From positions 13,206,001-13,270,000 of the forward strand of contig NW_024704751.1 of the NCBI RefSeq assembly GCF_018977255.1: a stretch of 64,000 nt of DNA. The letters run 5' to 3'. Every line of letters begins with the position of its first letter. The first letter of the stretch is position 1. This DNA is from Callorhinchus milii. Its lineage: Eukaryota. Below, piece after piece: positions 53,175-64,000 of the stretch. The position numbers were made by a program, and so were the translations under genes. Below the pieces are notes generated by a model, which was not told where the DNA came from, ran no database searches, and was given only the letters and a program-made list of their open reading frames with translations.

Positions 53175-54528
53175 GATTAGTTCATTCTTATTCCTATTGC
53201 TCAGGAACCTCTGATGATGGATGAGAGAGGATAATATGCCAGAAAACAGGGCTCTCTTGCAAGTACAGCTGTGGGCCCTTTAAAAGTCCACGTGAGAAGG
53301 CAGACAGAATCGAAACTCAATATATCAATACACTTAATCTTCTGCTGTAAGTAATTGGAAATCATACAATTAATTTTGCCGCGGTTGCAGACAGACATAT
53401 GGATTTCCAAAGTGTTGGGATCGAAACATTTAAAATTGAATAATTAATTGATTTAAAATGCAAAGGAATGAAATCTGTAAAAATAACAAATACCGATTTG
53501 TACCCGTGTATATACGGAGCGCTTGCCATTCAAATTGCAACCAATTAGGAAGCGAAATAAACATTTTAAACAGCACTTCAAATAAACTGCATTAATCAAA
53601 CATTGACCACTTAACACTTGCTCTATTTAAAAGCAAATTATATATATATACGCACATATGTATACTTAGATTTACTGTGACCAATATTATTTCAACAAAC
53701 ATCAAAGGGATCAATAGTAACCCCTTCAAATTTAAAAATATAACTACATAATAATTTGGTCACTCAATCCACGGTTTGCGGGGGACGCCGCTGTGCGCAA
53801 TTGGCTGCCGCGTTTCGCCCGCAAAATATACAGTCGCTACGCTTTAAAGTCTATTCTGCGAAGCGCTTTGAGGCGTCTCGAAGAGCGTGATCGGGCGCTA
53901 TAAAAATCGAATCCAAGGGTTTATTTTATGATGATTATTATTATTATTTTTATCAAACGCTAGGATTATCTGGGGGGGGGGGTGGGGGGGGGGAACACAC
54001 ACACACACACACACTACACACAATACAAAAAAAAGTTTGAATGGTTTGCAGATCCGTTGCTATTTTGCAACTGATGTGGGTTTATAACGAGAGAGGGATT
54101 GCAGAACAGTCGATGATGTGAGGGGGTGTGTGAGTGAGTGAGTGAGAGAGAGAGAGAGAGAGAGAGGACAGAGCTTCCCCTTCTGCTCAGGGAGTGGAGT
54201 CACAGGCAATTCACCGACAGAGAACCCCAAATCAACCCACAGAAGAGCACCCACAGGCCGGGGGGGAGGGTTGAGGGGGAGTGTATTGGTGCTGGGGGTG
54301 GGGTGGGGTGTTGTTTGGGGGCTTTGGTCGTAGGTAAGTAATCAAACCAGCTGTTTGGGGGGGGGGGATTGCAGTTTTATTCAATGTATTTATTATCTGT
54401 ATGGAGTGGTATTGGGGGGTACTGGGGGCTGGTGGTGGGGGTCAGCACCTGAGAGCCCAGTCCCTGATGGTTGTGGTTTAAGTGGTCTCTGGGAGGATAA
54501 GGAGAGGCGATGAACACCAGTTCTGGTG

Positions 54529-54651
54529 ACTAATGTATCTAATTTAGTTACTGATGTATCTGTTTGGATACTAATATTATCTGTTTGGCTACTAATGTAT
54601 CTGTTTTAGTTGCTAATGTATCTGACTGGTTACTGTTGTGTTTGTTTGGTT
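54529..54651. repeat. Degenerate 20-21 bp minisatellite (ACTAATGTATCTGTTTGGTT-like), about 6 units
   Basis: Repeated actaatgtatct / actgatgtatct / gctaatgtatct units. Confidence 0.75.
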
Positions 54652-54806
54652 GTCGGGTTGGATAGTATTGTGGCTGTTTTTAGTGACTAATGTATCCCCT
54701 CTGGTTAAGGAGAGATACATCTCATCTCCTTGAAACTTGACCAGCCATTGAAATGGACAAGACCTTGTTGTCCTGTATCAACTGTCCTGTGTGGGTGTGT
54801 TAATGT

Positions 54807-55006
54807 NNNNNNNNNNNNNNNNNNNNNNNNNNNNNNNNNNNNNNNNNNNNNNNNNNNNNNNNNNNNNNNNNNNNNNNNNNNNNNNNNNNNNNNNNNNNNN
54901 NNNNNNNNNNNNNNNNNNNNNNNNNNNNNNNNNNNNNNNNNNNNNNNNNNNNNNNNNNNNNNNNNNNNNNNNNNNNNNNNNNNNNNNNNNNNNNNNNNNN
55001 NNNNNN
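54807..55006. other. Assembly gap (200 N)
   Basis: Run of exactly 200 N, probably a fixed-size scaffold spacer. Confidence 0.99.
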
Positions 55007-55228
55007 GTTAGTGTCTGTGTGTGTTAGTGTGTGTGTGTGTGTTAGTGTGTGTGTGTTAGTGTGTGTGTTAGTGTGTTAGTGTGTGTTAGTGTCTATGTGT
55101 GTGTGTGTTAGTGTGTCTGTGTGTGTTAGTGTGTGTGTGTGTGTTAGTGTGTCTGTGTGTGTTAGTGTGTCTGTGTGTGTTAGTGTGTCTGTCTGTCTGT
55201 GTGTGTGTGTGTTAGTGTGTGTGTTAGT
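55007..55228. repeat. Compound microsatellite (GT)n with TTA/CT interruptions
   Basis: GTGTGTGTTA units adjoining the gap. Confidence 0.95.
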
Positions 55229-56032
55229 GGGGGAAGGAGAGACCCCCTCGAAACGCATCTCATAAAGTTTACATCGATAGATCATATAAATATATATAAC
55301 AGGAAGGTGTAAAAATAATGCTCGGCTGCAAAAATTCCAAGGCAACTTTTTTTTGGAGGGTGAGAAGCAAAAAAAAAAGAAAGGTTTTTTTTTGTGTGCA
55401 TGGGTGTAGGATGTAAATTTCCATGGCGCCAGTACATCAGCATCCCACTGTCCTTGGCTTGTTTATGAGCATTGCACACACACACACACACACACACACA
55501 CCAGCAAATCATCTTTCTGTAAGGGCTATAGATGCTGAAATATGTTTAAAAATAGCCTCTGTGTGTGTGTGTGTGTCCAGGATCTCTGATTGCAAAGCGA
55601 TTTGTGTTCATTTCTGTACTTTGGAGAGAAAGGAAAATATTGCAGGTTTTGTTGCATTTCTTTTTTTTACCCCAAACCACCAAAAAAAAAGAAAATCTGA
55701 AAACAAGGTAGTGTCTCTCAGCCTTTGAGCACAAGGGGGCACATTGAGGCGAGGTGGTATCAGTGTTGTGGTGTAGACAGAGATAGGAAGATCAATCCAT
55801 CCATCTTTCATCCTGCCAATGGCCAACAGGCTCTGTTTGGAGTTTTTTTTTGTTTATTTCCTCCTCTTCCTCTCCCCACATCCACCCACCCACCCACTCC
55901 CCCCACTCCCCCCATCCTCTGACTCTGCCAAACCCATGATCTGGGGAATCCCGTGCCGTGCCGTGAGTGCACGGATCAGATTAGACTCCATTCATTCCGC
56001 TCTAGTAGATGTCCTCTATCAATGCAGCCCTG

Positions 56033-56069
<37 letters not shown>

Positions 56070-56315
56070 GCCATATTCCAGAGGATGCTAAATCCCTGGT
56101 ATGTGTTGTGGGGCGAAACCTTAGGCGAATTTCCTTTCTCCACACACCTCTGTTTACCTAACAGAAAGTAGGAACCCGGTTGTTTGTCGATTGGCAGATC
56201 GCGTTTTAAATTTACTATCGGGATATATATACACACATAGACGCACATATATAGATATATATTTATTTATATATATACATATAGGTATTTGCCCAGTGAA
56301 AGTGTCTTGCAGCAG

Positions 56316-56389
56316 TGCAGTGCAATAGCTAGGGATGGAAATTTGGAACAGGTAATGACCAAATTTTCACTCCTGGCTATATCGCTGTA
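56316..56389 (+). ncRNA. Candidate pre-miRNA-like hairpin, family not recognised
   Basis: ATAGCTAGGGATGGAAATTTGG (56325-56346) pairs with CCAAATTTTCACTCCTGGCTAT (56359-56380) with one A-C mismatch and three G-U pairs; 12-nt loop; basal extension TGCAGTG/CGCTGTA. Confidence 0.45.
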
Positions 56390-56970
56390 TCATACCTCCT
56401 GCTCCAGCTCTCTTCCTGTCGTTCTTTGCGCCGGGTAGGCCTGGGTGCTAATTGAGTGGACTGTGGCAACGCCTAACGACGCTCTGTGTAAATAAAAATA
56501 AATCCTCGCGATCTCTCCCCTTTGCTAACCGTACCTTTCCAGTTTCAATCCACCATGGAAAAGTCTTTTACACCTCAAAAAAAAAAGGCACATTTTCCAG
56601 GACGATTAGAGATTTTTAGCAGTTCTTCCTCAGACATTGCAGTGGAATGTCTCGGAGCTCATTTTGTTAACGCTGACTGAATACAATGTAATTTCAGGCT
56701 GACCTGCACGTGGGGGAGGGATTAAGTCTTTTGTCACTGAATTTGGGCTGGATTCAGCATTGACTCCACAGATGATCCCGGCATTGTGTTCACCTGGAAT
56801 TGTGTGCTCTTTTCAAAGACTCGATGGGCCGAATGGCCTCTTTTTGTGCTGTACGATTCTATGATTCTATGAAACCAATTTTTGAATAAGGTTAAATTTA
56901 ATATATAATAAAGGGCGCAGACACTTTATTGGAACTCTTCTTTCACCTTTTGGACAAGATTAGATATAGC

Positions 56971-57336
56971 GGAGCCCTGTAGCTCAGTGGTTAGAGCACT
57001 CACCTCGCAAGCGAGAGACGTGCGTTCAATTCACAGCAGGGCGAAATGTTGGGCAAGTTTCCTTACTCCACATGCCTCTGTTTACCCAGCAGTAAGTAGG
57101 TGCCTGGTTGTAAGTCAATTGGTGGATCACTTTTTTGGGGTAATAATTCATTAAAAAAAATAATAAATTGGTCGCTTAATCCACGACTGCTTGTGTGACA
57201 CTGCTGTACACAATTGGCTGCTGTGCTTTGCCCACAAAATATACAGTCAATTCACTTTACCATATATTCTGTGAAGCGGCTTTGAGATGAACACGTGATA
57301 AGGTGCTATATCAAATGCAAGGATTATTATTATTAT
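56971..57336 (+). mobile_element. Full-length tRNA-derived SINE (dominant family in this window)
   Basis: tRNA-like head with A box (TAGCTCAGTGG) and B box (GTTCAATTC), central gggcaagtttcc..cctctgtttacc segment, L2-type tail (tgtgaagcg..gtgataaggtgctatatcaaatgcaagg) and (ATT)n end. Confidence 0.88.
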
Positions 57337-60300
57337 AATTATTATTATAGCGCCTTATCACATCGTTGAGATGTCTCAAAGTGCTTCACAGAATATGCTC
57401 TAAAGTGAATTGACTGTATCGCTTGTCCATTTTGCCCTGTGTTGTTTTGTTATGCTTTCCTGTTTTCAGTGCATTTTGCAAATGTCGAGGGGTGATGTAT
57501 TGCTGCCGCATGAAAGATGACTGGGCCATTACCATTTAAATTGTGTCCGCTCGAGAATTTCAAATGGGACGTTTTAAAGTGAATAGCACCGGACGTCACA
57601 GGGAAGCTCTCCGAGCAGGTTGATTGAAATGACTTGTGCCATGTAATGAGTGTTGTTGTGCTTTTGTTTTCCCTCCCCCCCCCCCCCACCCACCCCCCCA
57701 CTTCCAAGCAATTAAACTGTTCCTTTGCATTCAGTCGGGGCAGTTTGCGTTGCCTGAGGTGACGTTCGAAGCTGACCGGTGCGTTTGCAGCAAAACGTGA
57801 AGAATATTGTTGGTGACTTTCCTCTGGAACCAGAGGACACCAACTTAAGATAATTGTTAGCATAGTTAAGAAGTTCTAAATGCTGGAATTTTTCACAGAA
57901 TGGTTCTCGCATTCATCGTACTGCTTTACTTTGGATCCTACCTCTTTTAGATGTTAATGATCTCATAGAGTTCATTTCAAATTGACGCAGCACAGTGAAT
58001 ACTTTCATAGAATTGTACAGCACAGAAGGAGGCCATTCGGCCCATCGTGTCTTTGCCGGTTCTTTCAAAAGAGCTGTCCAGTTCAATCCCACTCCCCCAC
58101 ACTCTCCCCATAGCCCTGCAACCTTGTCCTCTCCAAATAATTATCTCAGCAATATCTTTTTATTTTATTGTCATTTTTCAATTCAAGGGAGATGAAATGC
58201 GGCTTAAATATTTAATGACAGCGCTCTTTGTCTTGTGTACTACTTGCAACAGCCCCTACAAGCAGAATCCATATCCCTTGTGATCTTCAAACCTCCGCTT
58301 TGCTTAACAGCCTTTGTTGTGTGGTGCCTGAGGAATTTATAAATTTACCAAACCAGTTGTTCTGTATTCTGGAATTTCTGTGGTTTACAAGCCAAGCTAC
58401 AAATCTTCGAATGATGCATTTTATCACAAAGACCAGAAATTTTCAGACGAAAGCAAGCTACTGTGTTTTTTTTGCACACACACACTATATTTTATAAGAG
58501 TCAAATGTACTAAAGTAGAATTTTATCCATTTTAACATTTTTCACTTGGTTTTGAACTTGCGTCGACTTCTGACAGGTTTAGGTTTTGAATTGCGAATCA
58601 ATGGCAAGTTGTGCCACAAAAGTCTTAAAGGGTGACAGACAGTGTGTAGCACTTGTGCCTCTGAGCCACGACATGTAGTGTGATAAGGCGCTATGCTAAC
58701 TGCCAGGATTATTATTATCATCATTAGTAGTCACACACTCCAAAACAGTGCTGGATAAGTGCTGCTTTGTGAGAAGTCCCGTCCTTTTGGATAAGAGGCT
58801 AAACCAAGTCTGTCCCTGTTCAGGTAGATGTTAAAGATTACAGCGACGTTATTGGAAGATGAGACAGGAATTTCTCCCAACAATCATCCCAATAAAATTG
58901 GTCATTCACTCCATGGCAGTTCATGGGACATTGCTGTGTGCCAAGTTGGCTGCCATGTTTGCCTACAAATACACAGTCACTACACTCTACAGCGAAGCGC
59001 TTTGAATGTTTTCAATGATAAGGCACTGTATCAAATGCAAGGATGGTTATAAATGAACTTGTCATCTCGATAATAAAACATGTTCATCAACAGCATGAAA
59101 GGAAGAACCTTCTGAATGACTTTGGCTCTCCCCGTGTAATCTAGGACACGAAGACCAATTATAACCTCTTTTACCGCTGAACCAGCCAGGATCAGCTAAA
59201 TCAGCACAAACCTGGGAACTGAGCCCGGGAGTTACATGTCTCTGCTTCTCACTGAATAAACTCAGTGAACCGTTCCGGGAGCTCTTTACCTTGAGTTTTT
59301 AATTCCTCGCAGTGTTTGCAATTTGCAATTTTATCACTTGCTTGTCAGAAGGAGTAGATTGCTCAGCTCATTAGCATAATTAGTACATAATCAATGTTAA
59401 TTGCTGCTCAATTAGAAACATAGTGTAATGGCTACTACTGTACAGTGAAACGGGATTAGCCTAGAAAGATAGATCAACGTCTCTCTTTGGGACTTCTGAA
59501 ACCATTAAGTTTCACACAGAGAACCTTCAGAAAGGACAAGTAGAATACGTAGCAGTAAATTTTGTGAACCGCTTTGAGACATTTCGATGCCGTGATAAGG
59601 GGCTGTATCAAATGCAAGGATAATAACAATTATTATTATTAAAATCGTGGGATGATGTGGTGTGCATCACATCCTCAAATGCAGAAAAAGTGTGACATCC
59701 TCGAAACGCCAAAGATTTCGCATTGTTCCTGTCTTTGCTGCTCTGCTTCTAAACCCCCCCCCCCCCCCAAAATGGGGCTTTTCCTAAAAAGGGTCACGGA
59801 AAGAAAGCTTTGTGGTTGATAAATTCAGGATACACTGCTCATTGTGTTACAGAGGGATACTGATGCAATCCCATCAGCAGTGACTTAAGAGTTGAGGAAC
59901 AAACGTTTTTTCCTGAATTTGTAAAATCTTACAGTACTCTTCTCTTTATTGCTAAATGCACCATAATTACAGAGCGGAGAGAGACTGCTGGCCTCTGTCT
60001 GTTGAGTAATGGCTCAATGCAGTACTAGATACAGCATAAAATAAATGAGTTTTGCTTAGTGCTCTGGGGAACAACATAGTTACATATCAAAAGATTTATT
60101 TCTCCCCCCACCACCCCCCCCATCTTAAAAGATTCAAACAAGACCAACTAGGGACCAGCGTTGCATAATAATAGATATAAACACGAACCAAATTAGTCTG
60201 GACTTTACGTCCTTGGTAATTGGTCAAACATTGCTGTGCTAATTCCCTGCTATTCCATCCTTTTTCTCATCTTAACATCATGTGCACCATTGACGACTGG

Positions 60301-63300
60301 AAATGTTTCGTGAAATTTTTAATTCTAAAATCCAGATGGAATAACGTTACGATTTTGCGTTTGCCTAAAATGTACCCGGCATGCAACACACAGTCACTGC
60401 GCTCTGGAGTAAATCCTGTGAAGCGCTTTGAGATGTCCTCATAATGTGAAGGGCGCTATATCAAATTCAAGGCTTATTATTTTATGGTTACTTTCACTTT
60501 CATGGTTGTTTGTGAGACAAATAGACAGACTGACACCTTACCAACAAATACAGATTACGATTACTATACTTCAGGGTGAATTCATGTGAAGCACTTCGAG
60601 GTTCCTCGACAACAACAACAACTTGCATTTATCTTGGGGTAAAGACTCGGAGCTCTTGATAAGGCAAGGTGATAAGGCCGTAAGGTCAAATGCAAGTCCG
60701 TTTGTGTTCAGATGAAAGACCTCTGCCAAGTAAATGCTACTAAACATTCAACTTATTTCACACATAGACAAGCGAGAGAGATTGATGTTGTGCGATTATC
60801 TTAACCGGATGTTCATCTCCTGCCTCACTGCTCAAGCCATCACCAATGACAACATCTGATAGTTTTTACACTCCAAACCGACCAGGGAGAATAACTGCGC
60901 TGTTTGCACGTTGGACGTTTACTATAAATCCGCAGCGTATTTACGATAAATAACCGTCATCCGACTGGAAATTTAGAAGCAACGGCAAATGATCAGAGTG
61001 TGCGTGTCTGAATGTTTAGGATGGATATAAATTGTCCAGGGTAGGCAAGGAATTGCTTTTAGTGTCTGTTGATGAAGGACATTGCCCGGCAGCACATTGC
61101 TTTATGTTTCACAGACAGTGCTGCTGGGCAGAAATGGTCCTTTTTTTTTACCCCTATTGTACGAGAGCAATGACTGTAAAGTGTCACAGCCGATGTGCAG
61201 TCAGCTCACCATCCGCTGCTTTAGGGCAAAACATTAGAGGAAAATGGGGAGGCTTTTCACATCACCCGGAAGGAACCATGAGCAGTGGATTATTACTATT
61301 GGGACGAATGCTTTTGTCTGAGTTTATATCCCACGTCTGACCCGGTCACAAAGAGATTGTATTCCACGCGATGAAATTGAATAGAGTAGAAATTTACAGC
61401 AAAGATGAAGGCCCCTTTGTGTCTCCTTTGCTGGCTCCTTTAAGAGCAATCCTTTCAGACCCATTTACCTGCCTTTTCGCCCACAAAATACACAGTCACT
61501 ACATTTGACAGTTTATGAAGCACTTTGAGACGTCTCGAAGTCATGATAAGGCGCTATATCAAACGCAAGGATTATTGTTAATATATTATTGTGTAAAATA
61601 AATAAATCGGCTCGATGCAGTGACGAGAAGAGGTTAGGCGGGGTGTTCTGGAGGGGTGAGATCAGATGGATCGAAGGAAGGGCTTTCTTCATCCGAGCTA
61701 ACCTTGTGGTCTTTTGAACCTCGTTGTGGCCAAACAGTAACGCTGTGTGTGTGAGAGACCAGACTGAGCTCCTACGCGATGGCTGAATAACTGCCACAGA
61801 TGTTCTCGTGGATTACGTTTAACTCATTATGAACTGCGGTGCAGTTCGAAGCGTAAGCAGGTTACACGTCGATATGTTCGGAGTTCACTGCGAACTTCGG
61901 TCTGTTCTGTGCTTGAACACACACATCTCTAACTGTAACAATCCCAGAGTCGTGGTGGGCTTTTTTTTTAAACCTTCCTAGGAATCTCGCGACTGCAAGA
62001 TGTGCGATTTATAATGCACTCTCTCAGGTGTGGTGTTTCCCAAACTTTGCAAATCTTCACAGAATCATTAGCAACTACCCGTTTGATTCTTATCTGTGGG
62101 CAGCCAGTGTTGTGATATCTTTTTGACCGTTCTATTATTATTCAGGCGTAATGATCGCTCAAAAATAAATAAATCATTTTGGCCGTTCAATCAGTTTGTG
62201 GGACGATGCTATGCGCAATTGGCTGCTGCGTTTTGCCCACAAAATAAGCAGTCAATCCACTTCACAATATATTCTGTGTAGCGCTTTGAGACGTCTCAAA
62301 CACTTGATAAGGTACTATATCAAATGCAAGGATTATTATTATATTATTATTATCTCCACTGCGAGCTCATGATGTGCTAGTGAAACACGTTGCCTCTTGC
62401 GCTCCACTGATTACATGAAAACCAAAGCCTCTTTCTTCAACACCGGGCAGCTTGCATGGGCAAATGACAGCATTTTCCCACCATGTTGCTCAGCAGCCAA
62501 CTGTGGACAATCTGGTCGACAGACTTGTACGTTTTTGCTTACAGTGAAATTGGGAAGATCATAAAAGCTAATGTGAGTAATCTATCTAATTAATAATCAT
62601 CAGCATAATAATAATCCTTGCATTTTGCTACAGCGCCTTATCACGTTGTCAAAATATCTCAAAAGCGCTTGACAGCATTCACCATTGAGTGCAGTGACTC
62701 AGGGAATAACTGGTGCTTTTTCGCGATGCTTTTCTCATTGATGAAGCGAATGAACAATTTCATCTGAAGGGATTGTTGTCGGTTGGCCAGGGCGACAGGA
62801 GCAACTTGCTTCTCTTTTCGAGCTCCTAATTGTAGGAGAATGCAGTTTGCAGTGATATATGGTTTATTAATAATTCTTAACAGCACTTGTTTGGGATATC
62901 TGCGTAAGGATTTGTCTAGTTGTTGCAGGTGACTGGAGTCGTCTGTTTCTCTTTGGAAAGCCTGTTTGGCACTAGAACTAATGTATAAAATAGATTTTTA
63001 TATATATATATAAATAAAATAGATTTATATATATATATATATAAATAGACTGTTGACATCCAGTTGGCTTGTGAATGGAATTGCACAAGGACAGCGTGAG
63101 GCACATCAGAATACTCGCACTGTTCCCAATTCCTTTGGCCAATATCGAACATTGAGGCTCCATTTCACCCACAAAATATACAGTCAATTCACCTTACGGT
63201 ATATTGTGTGAAGCGCTTTGAGACGTCTCGAAGACGTGATAAGGCGCTGTATCAATACGGATTATTATTATTGTTGTTGTGGACTGTAATGCACTGCTGC

Positions 63301-63619
63301 TCTGTGACGATCAGGGGAGAAAAGTCGCAGGTGCATTGGTTCAGCACAGCGCTCGATGGGTTAAAAAAGAAATACAATGGTCCTAATTTTGGTCGGACTG
63401 TGCAAGCCTTGACGTCCACCACAATCCTACGATTATCAGTTACCCTGGACTTTGCTGACATCGTCGCACTGTGTGATTAGACAAAGGAAATGGTGAACTT
63501 GCCCCGGAGAGCGGAAGCCACTATCTCAGGTTTTATTCACGATAATCTTGTGATCCACAGCCGGGCTATTTTGATTCAAGCGCTGGGCTGAGGTGGTGAA
63601 GGTTTTTCAAACCTTTTTA

Positions 63620-63995
63620 GGTCCTGTAGCTTGGTGGTTAGAGCGCTCGCCTCACAAGCGAGAGGACCTGGGTTCGATTCCCGGGAGTGCAAAACGTTAA
63701 ACAAGTTTCCTTACTCCACACACACACACATGCCTCTGTTGACCTAACAACTAACCTGGTTGTTAATCGATTGACGGATGCCTTTTCCGGGGGTAATAAT
63801 TCCTTCGAAATAAATAAAAATAATTTCATCGCTTTTAGTCCACAACCGGTTGAGGGACGCTGCTGTGCGCAATTGGCTGCCGCGTTTCACCCACAAAATA
63901 TACAGTCAATTCACTTTACAGTATATTCAGTGAATCGCTTTGAGACGTCTCAATGACGTGATAAGTCACTGTATCAAATGCAAGGATTATTATTA
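63620..63995 (+). mobile_element. Full-length tRNA-derived SINE, same family
   Basis: TAGCTTGGTGG A box, GGTTCGATTCC B box, same body and tail ending tcaaatgcaaggattattattat. Confidence 0.88.
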
Positions 63996-64000
63996 TCCTT

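Noticed and set aside
54730-55345. ORFs spanning the N-run and (GT)n tract
   Set aside because: Artefacts of the gap and microsatellite.
56971-57045. tRNA-like sequences here and at about 63620, 23690-23762 and 51980-52048
   Set aside because: Each continues into the SINE body, so they are SINE heads rather than tRNA genes.
46000-64000. GRHL3 or other coding exons expected from synteny
   Set aside because: No recognisable coding exon was found by eye; a short first exon could have been missed or lie in the gap.

Overview
This is vertebrate genomic DNA, not prokaryotic. The repeat content (L2/CR1 LINE ends, Deu-type and tRNA-headed SINEs with (ATT)n tails) suggests a cartilaginous fish, possibly a chimaera (inference). 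Five spliced genes lie on the minus strand and were reconstructed by hand from splice sites and phase continuity: the 5' part of myomesin-3 (MYOM3), an IL22RA1-like receptor (7 exons, about 512 aa), an IFNLR1-like receptor (7 exons, about 437 aa), and two tandem 11-exon papain-family proteases of the 26/29-kDa proteinase / CfaD type (about 545 and 547 aa). The MYOM3-IL22RA1-IFNLR1 order matches the human 1p36 block. The last ~18 kb has no recognisable coding exons and contains a 200-N gap, SINE/LINE debris, candidate regulatory sites and an unrecognised pre-miRNA-like hairpin at about 56.3 kb. Most ORF-track entries are exon fragments or spurious. The most notable items are the hairpin, the duplicated ependymin-like/cathepsin fusion proteases with divergent substrate-pocket residues, a CCAAT-box VNTR, and a GC-AG intron.
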